This document shows positions 51,201-64,000 of a DNA stretch of 64,000 nt, piece after piece; position 1 is the first letter of the stretch, and each line of letters opens with the position of its first letter. Origin of the DNA: Mustelus asterias (lineage: Eukaryota). The notes under the pieces are model-generated. The model worked only from the letters and a program-made list of their open reading frames with translations. It had not been told where the DNA came from and searched no databases. Made by a program: the position numbers and the translations under genes. Where the stretch lies: NCBI RefSeq assembly GCF_964213995.1, contig NC_135802.1:107012001-107076000 (forward strand), given 5' to 3'.

Positions 51201-53022
51201 GATGGCAGTGTTAAACCACAGAAGAATTCAAAAAGAGTGCCGCCAAGCTGCCAAAAAGTGCAATAACTGCTATAAACTGGGATTTATTTGTACAGTAGGT
51301 TGTAAATAGGATGAAAACACCTACCACAAATGACACTTGTAAAAATGGACTGAGGTCGATGGAGTTTATTCATTTTGAATCCATCAACTCATTTGTGGAC
51401 AGATTAATTCCGCTTGACACGGGGTTTAGAAATCCATTTATACTCCAGTGTTTTATTTTTAATGTACAATAACGCGATTTAAATTGATTATCTCCATTTT
51501 CGTTCCCCATTCCACTCAGTTGTTTGCAACAGGGGATAGCGATTAGAAGTTGAGTATGTGAAAGAGAAGTGACGTGAGCTATTTTATATCTATCCGTACA
51601 TACAACAGCATATAACATATACAACTACGTGCGTGAACGCGCACCCACATTCATGAACACACATCCATCCATCCAAATGTATGTACAGGCATACGTGTGC
51701 AATCGTATACTTAAATCTATTTGCATGCACTCTTGTTATCCTGAAATTCCCGTTGGAGACCAGTATAAGTCAAATGTTAAATGTGGCATATCGTGAAGTA
51801 GAAACATAATTTAACACTGTGAATGTTTCTGTATATTTTTGATTAGGCTTCATACTGGTGTAAATTATAAAATTAAATCTATTGATGGAGTAAGTAGCGT
51901 TATGAATGGCATGTAGTGAAATACCCGTTTGATGAAAAGTTCTGAATAGTAACTTTTAGAAATTTCATCAAGTCGTTAATAACTTAGGCACATGTTGTAA
52001 TGTAACCAAAGAGGTCAGTTTGAAGGACGCTTGATTATTTCTTTTAACCATGCTCACATTATCTTTCCACATTGAGTCAAACTACGGCACACATACTGAA
52101 CTGTACACATCTTTCAATGGGAACATCCTGTAAAAGTGGCCCCATATTGGGCTTGGCATGAATGAAAGCGTCGGTCAAATCCAAAGAATGTTTTGCTTGG
52201 TTGAGTGCCTCCTGATTTATTTATATAAAGTCAGCTAAAGCTTTCTCATACATCGCAAAGTCCAAACCGCGTTGCAGCTTTTTAAAAATTGCATAATAGT
52301 TTATACCTTCTGAAACGAAAACAGGTGGGTCCTTCACGTTATTATAACGTGGCGTATTGGAGTTAGATCATTCATGCACTTGCCATTTTGTGAATGATAA
52401 CGATAAATTTCGTGATATATGATACAAAACAATGATACACGGATTCATTAGTCTACATAACCAAACTTCAGTGCAATATGCACAATTTTATTTCCAATGT
52501 AGCTCTGCATACAGAAAATCAGTATATTTCGTGTCACAGTGTAGAATTAAGCCCGAAATTAGCTAGAGTCTATAGAAGATTCTATTTCCTGCATAGAAAG
52601 AATCGGGAGCATTTACAGCCAGATAATAGATTCGGAACCATAGCAAATGACGTGTAACGAAATCGAGATATATGTATTTGAAAGTATGCTGACAGGAATG
52701 ATGTACATTATTATGCAGTGGCAATTCAAATATGTGCTCGCTGAGCACTGTGTTATTTTCTCGATTGAAATGTAGGAATCCCGACTGCAAATTAGGATTA
52801 TCTGTTACTATGCCACATAATTGTAATGGTTCACATGTGTTCGTAAGCAATTTAAAATAACAATACAGCAATCTGCTCTAAATACATAGCAAAAAAAGTA
52901 TTAGATATACAGCAGCATCTGGAAATACAGAAGAGGCTCAGATTTCCGAACTTTAGGAAACTGTCATTATAATTTAAATTTCTGCAAACATAATATTGTG
53001 AGGCAACTAGTGTTTATCTGTA

Positions 53023-53080
<58 letters not shown>
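53023..53080. repeat. (ATCT)n / GATA-type microsatellite, about 14.5 units
   Basis: Perfect tetranucleotide repeat over 58 nt. Confidence 0.95.
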
Positions 53081-55489
53081 GATTGTAGGTTTTTTATAAT
53101 TGCATATTCACCAGATTAATTTTCTTTCTTTTAATGCTCTTCCAGTAAACATAGTTTGAAACTGCACCGTTTATAAATAGTTTACTGTCCAACCATATGA
53201 TTCAATTGTGTTTTGTTCCAAAAATATGCGGTAACATTTGAAGTTCGAACCATAATTATTTACTAATTCATGTTAAAATGTTTTCCGTTTACTTAGGTTT
53301 CTGTACTTTCTCCAGCCAAGCTGGTAATGCAATGTTGTCTGCACATTCTTGGATCCCTGGTAATAAAAGTAAATAAGCATTTGGGGTTGTTGCTTAATAA
53401 ACCTTGTGCATTAGTGTAGGCGCTTGGTTGATAAAGTCTTATCTAATGTAACAATGGAACACATGAGTAATTGAAATGTTCAATATGCGGTTATAATATG
53501 TATTTTATTTACATACATGTGAAACTGGAACTGTGCAGTCGCAATGCCCCTGACTAACAGTGCGAGGAGCCTTAAGGCCACGAGAAATGGTGAAGTAAAA
53601 AACAAATTAAAACTGAAAAAAAAATCAATTTCCTCAGACATCTATTTCAAATGTTAGGAGAATTAAATTTTACATGTCCGGCGGAAATCGGCGTCCATAT
53701 CAAACATTTGACTTAAGTTAGCAGTTAAGTTAGCATTATTGAATTAGAAAAATATGAGTGAAACTCTGACTTTACTGGCAATCCGTTAAATTATATTGTA
53801 TTTTCATCCACTCTTCACATCCTTCCATTTTGAATGGCTATTCTATTCCTTGCAATCAAAGAGTAGTCCAGAGCGGTAATCCATTTTTAGCGAGGAATCT
53901 TTAATCCTGGAAAATATATTTTTTTATTTGTATGTTCACATCTATTTACTATTTATATGTATATACTCGTTTCCTCTGATGGACACAGCCACACGCTATT
54001 GATTTTAATGATTTAAACTTTACTTAAACTCTCAACATTTTTATGCCGGTTCGGTCTGGCAAAATCTTTGATACCTCGGCTTTTCGGATGCATTTTGATG
54101 TTGGAAAAGTTTAGAATTCAGTTTAAACACTCCCTGGAATGTCCACATTAGCGTGTAGTTCCGTTTTTAGGAATGTGGGGGACACATGGATAATGTGGAC
54201 AGTTTAGTAGGTTTAGATCAAAGATTGCTCTTTAACGGGCAAGTGGCGAATGTGGTGCAATAACGGCCTGATAACCACCCCCGTTGGCGTAAGGTCTGTC
54301 TGCTTAGCACAAGGATTGTGACATGCCAAAGGAGACGCCAGAGATCAAAAGAAAATAACATTTCCCAATATTGGGAAAAATGGCAGGATCCCAGGCGGAA
54401 ATGCAGAAAGATGTTTTGTTGCAACAAGCCTTTAATTTCGAAGTACCAGGTGCATCGTTTGTAAGACTGCGTATCTATTGTGAACAGTGGGATTGCATTC
54501 CTCCGTCTAACACCGACAAATATGCCTGTTAACGTTGCACTTAAAAAACAACCGTTCCGCTGGAAAGCAACCAAAATCCTAAATAGAGCAACTGGACAAT
54601 ATGCAAGGAAATTGTGGATAACAGCTTCGGAGACAAGTTGTGTGATCTAACGAGAGGACTGGGAGAGACAGAGAGAGAGAGAGAAAAGTTGTAAAACAGA
54701 AGGAGGAAATGATACTGGGGTAAATCCCCTGCGGGGTTCTAATCAGATTACCTAGCAACTCGAAAAGGTTCACGCAGAATAGTTGTTGGACTGAAATCCG
54801 TCTGAGGAAATGTGGAAGTTTTCAAAGTGAAATGGTGCATTGCAGGAAATCAACACAGAAACATGCTTGGATGTTTAAAAAAATCCCGGGAGTGGATAAC
54901 AGAAGCTCCACAACCACCCTGAGCGATGCTGCTGCAGCATGTTTATTGTATCTATACTCTTCACTGAAACCGCACAGATTATTCTATAATCTGGAGGTCA
55001 AATGTGTATTGACCATTAATTCACCAGGGCTCCAGTTTCTCTGGTGTTGTACAGCAGCAACTGTACAGGCAGGGGGAGAAACAATGGGAGTGATAATTTC
55101 TTTTAAATGAAACGGTTTAACCTTTCCCGTTTTAGAGCAAAATGTAGAATGATCCTTAATCTTAGTCCAATGTAACTATTCAAGAAATAGGCATATTGCT
55201 AAATGAAGGCAAATGTCTCCTTTATTATGTCCGTGTCAACGTTTCATTACACTTCCAAATTCATCACACATCTTATTTTCAAAAATGTTGGATACATACC
55301 TGCGTTCCTACAACCTTCACATGCATGTGGGACATTGGCTTGTAAGGTAATATTGAGAAGATACTTAACTTTTAAGGTTACACAACCTTTTCCATATTAA
55401 TAAGACTGCAAAAGATTATGTATGACTTTTGCACAATATATTTTTGAAAATAGTCGGATAACATGCTATTTACCACCTGTGATGTGGAA

Positions 55490-55657
55490 TGCGATTGGGC
55501 AGCTGGATCACATGGTCAGGTCACGTGAATAGGAATAAGTCGGGCCGAAGGAAAATGGGTGTTTGGTGTAAATCGGGGGTGTAATGCTGCCATATATCAC
55601 GCTATCTCGTAAAACCGACACTGAAGAGCCTTGGCCAACAAATCACCAGACAAAATT
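55490..55657 (+). promoter_or_regulatory. HoxA7 proximal promoter / 5' UTR
   Basis: ATTGG at 55494-55498, CACATG at 55509-55514, CACGTG at 55522-55527, a CTCGTAAAA posterior-Hox site, and the Hox7-type leader CAAATCAC...AAAATTATG. Confidence 0.65.
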
Positions 55658-56051
55658 ATGAGTTCGTCGTATTATGTGAATGCTCTTTTTCCCAAATATA
55701 CGGCGGGGACATCCGTTTTCCAGAACGCGAGTGGCTTTACAGAAGCAACTTCTTGCGCTTTTGCTACCAACTCACAAAGATCCGGCTATGGAGCGGGCGC
55801 CAGCGCCTTCCCAGCCCCGATGGCCGGGCTGTACAATGTTAACAGTGCAATCTATCACGGTCCTTCCATGTACAACACAGGTTATAATCTAAATTCAGAT
55901 TCCTACAACCTGCGCTGCTCTGCCTTAGACCAGAACATTCCAGTTCTTTGCAGCGATCTCAGCAAACAGGGTTGCGAAAAATTGGATCAGACAAACGTGC
56001 ACCCTCAAGCAGAGAGCAATTTCCGGATTTACCCCTGGATGAGGAATGCAG
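55658..56051 (+). CDS. HoxA7: Homeobox protein Hox-A7, exon 1 (CDS join 55658..56051,57036..57268; 208 aa)
   Basis: MSSSYYVNALFPKYTAGTS N-terminus and hexapeptide region FRIYPWMR. Donor GCAG|GTATGG at 56052, phase 1. Confidence 0.96.
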
Positions 56052-56195
56052 GTATGGGACATAAATGTAACATAGCTACGAGAAACGTGCGAATGACCAG
56101 TTAAAATGAGCGCCACTACATCCTGAAGGTAGTTAAGAGTTTTAATGATATCTGAGGAGCAGTTCCTCAAACGCATGTAGTATTGTATGCAGATA

Positions 56196-56250
56196 GCAAT
56201 CATAAAACTTTTATTGCACAATTAATCAGTACAATCCTCGTAAAAGCACT
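56196..56250. promoter_or_regulatory. HB1-like homeodomain-binding element in the HoxA7 intron
   Basis: GCAATCATAAAACTTTTATTGCACAATTA...CTCGTAAAA contains opposed Cdx/Hox TTTAT sites in the 5' part of the intron, where the HB1 element of Hoxa7 is known to lie. Confidence 0.65.
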
Positions 56251-56983
56251 CGACTTCCGCTCCTTTATAGTTAACAGCAACTCACATATTGCGTGTTTAC
56301 TCACTTTTATCAACACCAAATAACAACTATTTTTAACTGTTAAGCGGGAAAACTGTATATTCTTGAGTAAGTGCAGAATGCTATGTTCCAGTTTGAAAGT
56401 AGCTTTACACATTAGGCCAGGCCCGTGGAATTGAAGATTTTTTTTGCACCCCATGAGAGCTCTTTGGGCCCTTGTAAAGCTTCCCCCCCTTGTGGATGTA
56501 AGTTCGTGTTTAAAACGGGCCACTTTAGGCGATAATATACGAGTTCTGACCATCAGAGTGAACCTGGTGGGTTCATTTGCTGGCATTAGAATCTGACACA
56601 TTTGGGGTTGAAAGGACTTGCACGCAGGCTTAAGGTTTTAGTTACCTGTCATTTCCGTGTCTGAAATGTTAACATTGGTGCTCTTTATCTTGGATGAAAT
56701 AACAATTGGGGTACCCGTTTGGATGTAAGAGTTTAGAGCACACAGTGACTTTCACTGAAACTTGGGATAGATCCTTGATTTTTAAATGCTTTGTCAGAGG
56801 AGCGCAGCGAGATTCCAAAATGTCCATACGCACCTTAAGGCAGACCATTGGCATCTGAATATTTTGTTCAGCCACAGATATTCTAATAAGTTATGAAAGC
56901 GTACAGATAGGCGAAGAGGTAAAAGGGACATTAATAGGTTGACAGGATTACTTGTATTTTGTATTATTAAGTCTCATGTTTAA

Positions 56984-57268
<285 letters not shown>

Positions 57269-59839
57269 ATCTCCCCCAATGAATGCTGAACTGTGCGAAG
57301 AAAGTTGTTCTTCAGCCGCTAATCATGACATTTGACGAGCAAACCACAATATTGGACTATTTCAGAAATACTGTGCATTAGCACTCATAATACTACCTAT
57401 GCGTTTTAATAATCTCTGTCGAAATCATGTCTTTAGAATGTAAAGTTCGCTGGTCTTGGGTGTCAGTCCAAAAGTATAGAATTCAGAATGTTTATCTGTA
57501 TTAGGTAGGAATATAGGAATTGAGTTCCGAATCCGTGCTTGAAGTAATTAAGGGGAAACGGAAGCATTTAGAACATTTGTCCGCAGGTGTTGTATAAAAA
57601 CAATAAAAATTGGAATGCTTGTTTTCTCAAGTTTAATTGAGAATCTCTCTCCACAATAATAAGATGAAAGTGAATGAAATTCGAAACCTTTATTCTCCGT
57701 CATTAAAATGAAGGGGATTGGATTCGGAATCTGGATTCTCCAGTAGTACAACCAGCGGAACAATGTTAGCCGATAAAGCAGACTGTAACCATCCTCATAA
57801 TCTAAAATTCCACATGCGACTGTTTTGTTCTAAAATATATCTGATGCACTGAGCTATTTCTCAGACTTATTTTACCTCTGCGATCATGTCTTCTTTATAC
57901 ATTTTACAGTTTTCCTGCTTACTATTCACAAAATAAAAACATACTGTGGTAACAGATCCTCTAGTCCAATCAGAGATCAAATACTTGAGCCATTCTAGCC
58001 CATGCAGCAAGAACTGACGGAAAACTCACTTGTCGAGTAAAATAGTTTATTTCTGTTCAATTTTTGTTTTTTAAAATCATTTCCTGCATTTGTTCTTAAG
58101 TACCAGTAGCAGAATGAAGAATATTTCTCTTTGCATATAGCAATGGAATGTAAACTACCTAAACCACAATTGTGGATACCTTGCACGTCTATGGAAACTA
58201 CCTATATGTTTTAATTTAACATTCGTTTCTAGACACATAGTGTTGTTATGGGAGTCTTGACTTTTCGCACTTCTTCAAACAGTGCCCATAATATGAGAGT
58301 AAAAATGTGAAATATATTCTGGTGTATTTTTTTTAATGAGGTGCGTGTATAGCCACTTTATAACACTAAATAGTGATAACTACCTAGATACCGGTTTACA
58401 TTTGACGCGAATGGAATCGTTCCGTACTGTGCTTAAATACTATACTGTAAAAAAACAAACAGAAAAATCGTAATGAGAGGGGGAGGGGATTGCATTATTT
58501 CTCCTCGATCAATGGCATTAAAATGTATAGTTGCTAAAGATTTCACAGAAACCATTGTATTATTGAATGATGTAATTGTGTTTCTTTAAGTATGTTGTAT
58601 CAGTTGTCTTATACATGTGTACTGTTTAAATTATAAAATAAAAAAAATCCAATAACCAAAAGTAATAATAGAAACTCCGAACTGCATCGTCGACTGGATA
58701 TTTTGCGGTTCCATATTCGGTGTGGTATCTTGTCAAGCGAAAGTTTTGCTTTGTAATCTGTGTACGTGTTGTTAAATAATAACCGATGTTAAAGGTTTAA
58801 GGTGCAATCTATTTAAAATACATATATTCGTTCCAACCATGTATACTTTGAATGGAGTCTCTGTAGACAAACAAAAATAAGAAACATTAAACGGTGCTTG
58901 GAAAACAAGAGTCTCACTTTCTTGCCTGAGCGGGCGCCACCAAATGAGTGGTTGTAAGATTTGTTATAAAGACAAGAATAACATAATTAATAACAGCAAT
59001 TAAAAAACATCCCATTTCGAAAGTAACACATAATTATTTACACACCGCAGCCCATTCAGTGCCTTCTCATCTGACTTCAATAAACAAATTGATCCATCAT
59101 TTTTCTACGCCAAATGGGCAATTTTCATACTAATTAAATTCGAATATGAGCACATTGATGCCAAAAGTGAGCAAATCGTTATTATCATTGGCTAGCATAT
59201 ATATATTTTAAAATAGGGCAAAATTCAAAAGCAAAATATTCGAATTGGGACGAAGATATGCAAAAAAGTTCCCAGTAAACATTCAGGGTCGGATCATGAC
59301 CATTTCCATTTGAGAGCAGTATAAGGAAATGGAAAAAGATAACACAGAAAGCACAGCCTAATAGAGTGTTCGGTTTAATAAGAAACATAAGATTTGAAAC
59401 GAGAGAAAAACGAACCCAGTCGCTCTGCCATCGCAGAGCTTTGAACGAATTTTCGAGTAAGCGCACGTATTAACCGCTCCGTAAGCGGTGCGGCGCTTAA
59501 ATTTGCAGTTAGATCACACAAGATGGGCGAACTCATAGCCATTTTATTTGTTACTGTTGCATATCGAAACAAAAACGAGTAAACTCGAACAAATATCGAT
59601 AGAACAGTTACGGTTATGCCTAAAACAGAATTGATGCGTTACGACAACAGATTGGCTGGAGAAACAGAAAGGATTTCTGTTTTAAAAAAAAAATCAAATT
59701 CCATGATATTATCATGATAACGCGACTTCAGAAGGGGGAAATTTATTTTTTTAAACTGTGGAAAAAATCTTTAATAATTTCACAATTTTAACTTGTCTCT
59801 TTGTTAAAAATGGCGTCTAAGACCTGCCTCCTAATAGTC

Positions 59840-60010
59840 ATGGGGAAATGTCATAAATCCGTTGTTGTTTTATGAAAATTTACAACTTTGCAATAGAACT
59901 TTACGAGTTGTTCGGTTTTTCCATTGGCCACTGAAAGTCATGTGGAGTGTAACCGTGAACATGAACTTTTTATAATTTCCCTTGCGACTATAGAGCTGCA
60001 TTCTTTTGCT
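59840..60010 (+). promoter_or_regulatory. Conserved Hox7/8-Hox6 intergenic element (H8/7-6 four-cluster-sequence-like; putative distal promoter)
   Basis: TCATAAATCCGTTGTTGTTTTATGAAAATTTACAACTTTGCAATAGAACTTTACGAG...CATTGG...GTCATGTGG...GTGAACATGAACTTTTTATAATTTCCC has dense Hox/Cdx sites, an inverted CCAAT, an E-box and a TATA-like motif. Recognised from memory as the element shared across Hox clusters upstream of PG6. Confidence 0.7.
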
Positions 60011-63000
60011 AAACGCGTGTTGGTTCGGATGTGAGAGCTTGCGGGCTTTCCTCAACGCATATTTTGTTCTTTTTTCCCCCCTCCCAGCGCTAGTGATTAT
60101 TGCCCATGGAGCTTCAATGCATCCAGGCTTTCAGCACAGATCTCATGGCTGGTAGCTACGAATTCCTCCACGGAAGGTGGAGCATTGGATTAAAAAGAGC
60201 CGGCTCGGATCCGGAGGGCAGTTTCCTGCAAGTCGTCACCAAACGCCGCTGGCGGAATGCGAGAGCCATTGGCCGGGGGTGCAGTTGAACGGACAGCTGT
60301 CAAACTAGCACGGGCTCTGCACACACTGACACTGGGGCTCAGCAAATACCATACCCGGTCTGTGCAGAGCCCGGGACTGTCAGGCCGAGAGATACACTCA
60401 GCAACAAGGTAAGGCCCACTCGCTCTTCACAGCTTTCCAATTCTGCAAAATTCATTTCTTAAAAAAATATGCCTTCAAACAAAGTTATTGTAAGAGCCGT
60501 TCTTTAATGATCTTTGATTTGTCAAAGTTGAAGGATATGATGCAAAAAGTGTCCATCACCTTCGGAATGTGTTAACTCAAGTGTAGCATTGGTTGAGCGT
60601 CCATTGAAACTAATCTGACCGGTTTTTAGGGGCAATTTTTTAATGTTTTTATTTTTGAAATATACTTGCTTTCAAAAGAGTGTGAATAATGCTTTTGACG
60701 TCGTGCGTTCTGGTTGATTTGATCGAGAGCCGTCTTATTCGTTCAAAGTGTTTTGCATAAAGAACCAGATCATATTAAGTAAAACACAATCCTCGATTGC
60801 GATTTTAAATGTCATGTATGTCAGGGAATACTGAAGGTGCGTCTCGTATTAATGCAAGTTTTTGCAGATTCTAACGGGGTGAAAGAAGAACACATTTCAG
60901 TTGCAAATAAATAATCTGCCGATTGCCGCGTTGGCGACGACCCATCTTACACTGAAAAAGTGATTTATTTCTTTTGAGTCGCCGTTCTTGCATTGCGTAA
61001 ATTTCGTATCAGATGCGATGTATTTTAACACCATTTTTATCGTTAGCTTCGAAAATTATCTGGGAGCAAACTAATGTATTGAAGCTAATTGGCTGACATT
61101 TATCTAGGTGTCGTGATTGCAAATTATTTGTGCTTATTTTGTGTGTTGATTCTGCTCAAGGATGAAAAATGATCAAAAACATCGTATTTCGGGTGTGAGC
61201 ATGCAAATATGTCTTGTTGTTTTTATTTAACGCGTAGGTTGTCTTTCTGACACTGAGACACTTAGCCCCGACTGACTGCGAATGTGTGTTCGCGTGGATA
61301 TTGATATTTGCTCTCCTTTTTGAACTCATTGCTGCCACCGTGCGTTTGGAGTGTGGGCGAACTTGCGTTGCTGCTGCATAGCGTCTCTCCTGGTCATGTG
61401 TTGCTGATGAAATGGTTGACTTGCATTCTTAAATTAACCATTCTATGTGTTGCTTTGTGGCCTTACCCAGTAGTCAACAATTTGCTTTCATAATATCAGG
61501 ATTTACTGAATTTGATTAAAGTGGCATTTGGGGCGGAAAATCATTCTTTAGCTGTTAAATGTCTGTAACCATGGGCTTTGCGCTTAGAAACGAATGATTA
61601 CCCCCTGTACGCTCAGTATATCACTAAGGTTATATTGGGTCTTTGAGTGGAAAATTAGTATGGCTGCAATAAATGTCTGCAAATAGTTTTTTTTTGGCTC
61701 TCATCAATCGTAAATAAATAGTTAATATTTATGAAAAAAAGGGAGAAGGTAAAATATGCGTATTTGTGATTAAGTAATTACATTTCTAAGTCAGTTTATA
61801 GTTGGCGATGCAGTCAGAAATATTAAACCCGTTCGCTGTGAATCTATGAAGTCTCCTTGATGATATGCTTAAACTGTAATAATAACCCTATTTGTGATGT
61901 CAAAGAGTTTTTATAGCAGTTGTTTTCTGGAGTAAGAGCGAAATAAACGTGAAATCAAATTTAACGAAGAGTTTGAATTAACCCTGAAATTTGAAATATA
62001 TGGCAACACAGTGTCGTCCATGAATCGAGCGTTTATGGATAGGCCCGTTTTCCGGTGTTAAAGCATTGCAGACTTATTTTCATCTCTTAAAGTGCAACTA
62101 TGATTACCCCGAGACTGCAAATAATATTGATCATTTAAACACTTCAAGGAATGCGGCTCCGGAAGGTGTTACAACCACTACAAAGCAATTAGAAGATTTA
62201 TACTGTTTCCTTGTAATAGTTGTAGTTTCAAAACCAGGATATGAGCATAGCTATAAGTAATATAAAGAACCAGATGGTTTCTAACTTGAAACGAGGCCTC
62301 GCAATTCACAATTTGAAAGATGACATGTTATTTCATCTCAGGAGAATGAAGTAGGGTGGATGAGGTGTGTGTTTAAATGCTGCTATTTTGTAAAATCTTT
62401 CTTAATCAGTCAAATACACGAATGGCTGCAAACTAAGTCCCAGTTTTATTTCACCAGCCAAGGGAAATTACATCTGCTGTTACTAATTAGGCTGCACCAG
62501 TCCTGATCACCGCAGGAACAAATAAGACTTAAGGCCAGAAAATACCCTCTTATTAACGCCGTAATTAAATCTAATTTACACACTTGTGGATTTTACAATA
62601 TTGCAGCTTTCTTTGGTTTTATTCCCCTAAAATGATTGGCGTGCCCTTATTTCAACGATGCCAAAATTCAATGCACTACATTTCAGTTTCTATCTTTGGC
62701 GATATTTTATTTTGTATTGTCATTAGGAAGTTTTTGCTGTCTGCACGGAAATGTAAATACGTCAACGGAAAGAATAAATCGCAACGGTTGTATTGTAATC
62801 TTTCGCAGGCCATTTCCTAATTAATCGTAATCTTGTGTGGAAGGACAATTAATTGGTGCCGTATTTTCTGCAGAAGCAATGTTGCTTTCAAAAATGATTT
62901 CCAAAATATATAATCAAAGCACATTAGAGATGCAATGATTCAAATTGCTTTGTGTTGTTTTCCACCTCAGCGATGAATACAGATCGAGTTGTTGTTTGAT

Positions 63001-64000
63001 ACCTTCTATTAGCTCCTTAGTAGCCATTTGCCCCACTCTGTGTGTTCATACTCTAATTATATTGCCTTGTTTTCTCCAGTTTTCCTGAGACACAATGCAG
63101 CAGCAGTTGTGAGTGGTTATTAGTGGTTCCATCTAATTGGAAAATAATGACTGTGCTTTAAACGTTGCCCTTTTGTTCATCTTTTAATATCACCTTTTGC
63201 TCATCTGTTTTTCGGTTATTTGCACCATACCAACTTGTGAGAAGATTCTCCATTATACGTGTGGAGCATTTGTGGGGGCTTCATCATCAAACCTTCACTT
63301 TTGTGTCCTGGACGTGATGAATAAACGAAAACCAAAGATAAAACGTAAAGAAAAGCATAAACAGCAAAGATGAGAAAACTTCGAATTTATTAAAATGCAA
63401 GGTACAATTGGAAGAAAAAGCACACATTGCAATACATGGTTAGAGGCTATAAGGGCTGAAACTGAGGAAAGCGGCAAGCGTCGGCCTTAATCAGAGGGTT
63501 GGAGACTGGCGTGTTCGTGCACGTTTTCCTCCAGAATTGTGCTGCATTTATACTCACAATTCGAATAGAAAAGGGCTTTTGATTTCGATCAGCTTTCGGT
63601 TTATTTTCAGTCAGTCTATAATTAGGAAAGAGAGACAGGTATAAGCTTTCAGGACTGAAAATTAACCCACTTGAGGCATTTTAACAACTTGCCATCAATG
63701 AGGTAGCATCCATCCCAAATAGACATTTCTAACGTTCAAAAATGTAAAATTGTCCGACTACTAAACAACCGCGTTCACCACTTCACCCTCATTCCTAATC
63801 ATTGCCTCTAATTGGCACGTTTCGACTTCGGTCATGGGTGCTGGAGCAATATTTATTCAAGTGCTTAAATATTTTCCCTGCAAAAATATACGCACACTCC
63901 TCATTAATATATATGTGTGTTGTTTGCAGTACCCTTGGTATTTCAGTATGTGATGTAACCATTGTTGACAGGAAAGGAAATCTAACGAGATAATGAGATC

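Noticed and set aside
54361-54378. 18-nt palindrome TTTCCCAATATTGGGAAA
   Set aside because: Isolated, with no loop or supporting context, so no function can be supported.
49400-55400. Search for a HoxA8 remnant between HoxA9 and HoxA7
   Set aside because: No MSSYF, FPWM or WFQN-like traces were seen. Absence of A8 is the normal gnathostome state.

Overview
This is eukaryotic, AT-rich, transposon-poor DNA: the posterior (5') part of a gnathostome HoxA cluster, with all genes on the + strand. The order is a decayed Hox14-like pseudogene (about 3120-3439), HoxA13 (9670-10996), HoxA11 (23352-25445), HoxA10 (36688-39282), mir-196 (41083-41166), HoxA9 (46792-48230) and HoxA7 (55658-57268), followed by the A7-A6 intergenic region. 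HoxA6 is not reached. All five genes have two exons, GT-AG phase-1 introns and open spliced frames (297, 280, 344, 260 and 208 aa). An intact HoxA7, a HoxA13 without polyalanine tracts and a HoxA14 relic together point to a cartilaginous fish (inference). Signals the ORF track misses: the HoxA14 fossil with its split homeobox; an in-frame TGA interrupting the HoxA10 N-terminal extension; overlapping uORFs at A13 and A11; a promoter-like module facing antisense in the HoxA11 intron; seven miR-196 seed sites in the A9 and A7 3' regions; co-oriented CTCF-like motifs; and a 63-nt hairpin in a putative non-coding exon downstream of A7. Comparisons with other species come from recalled knowledge, not from alignments run here.
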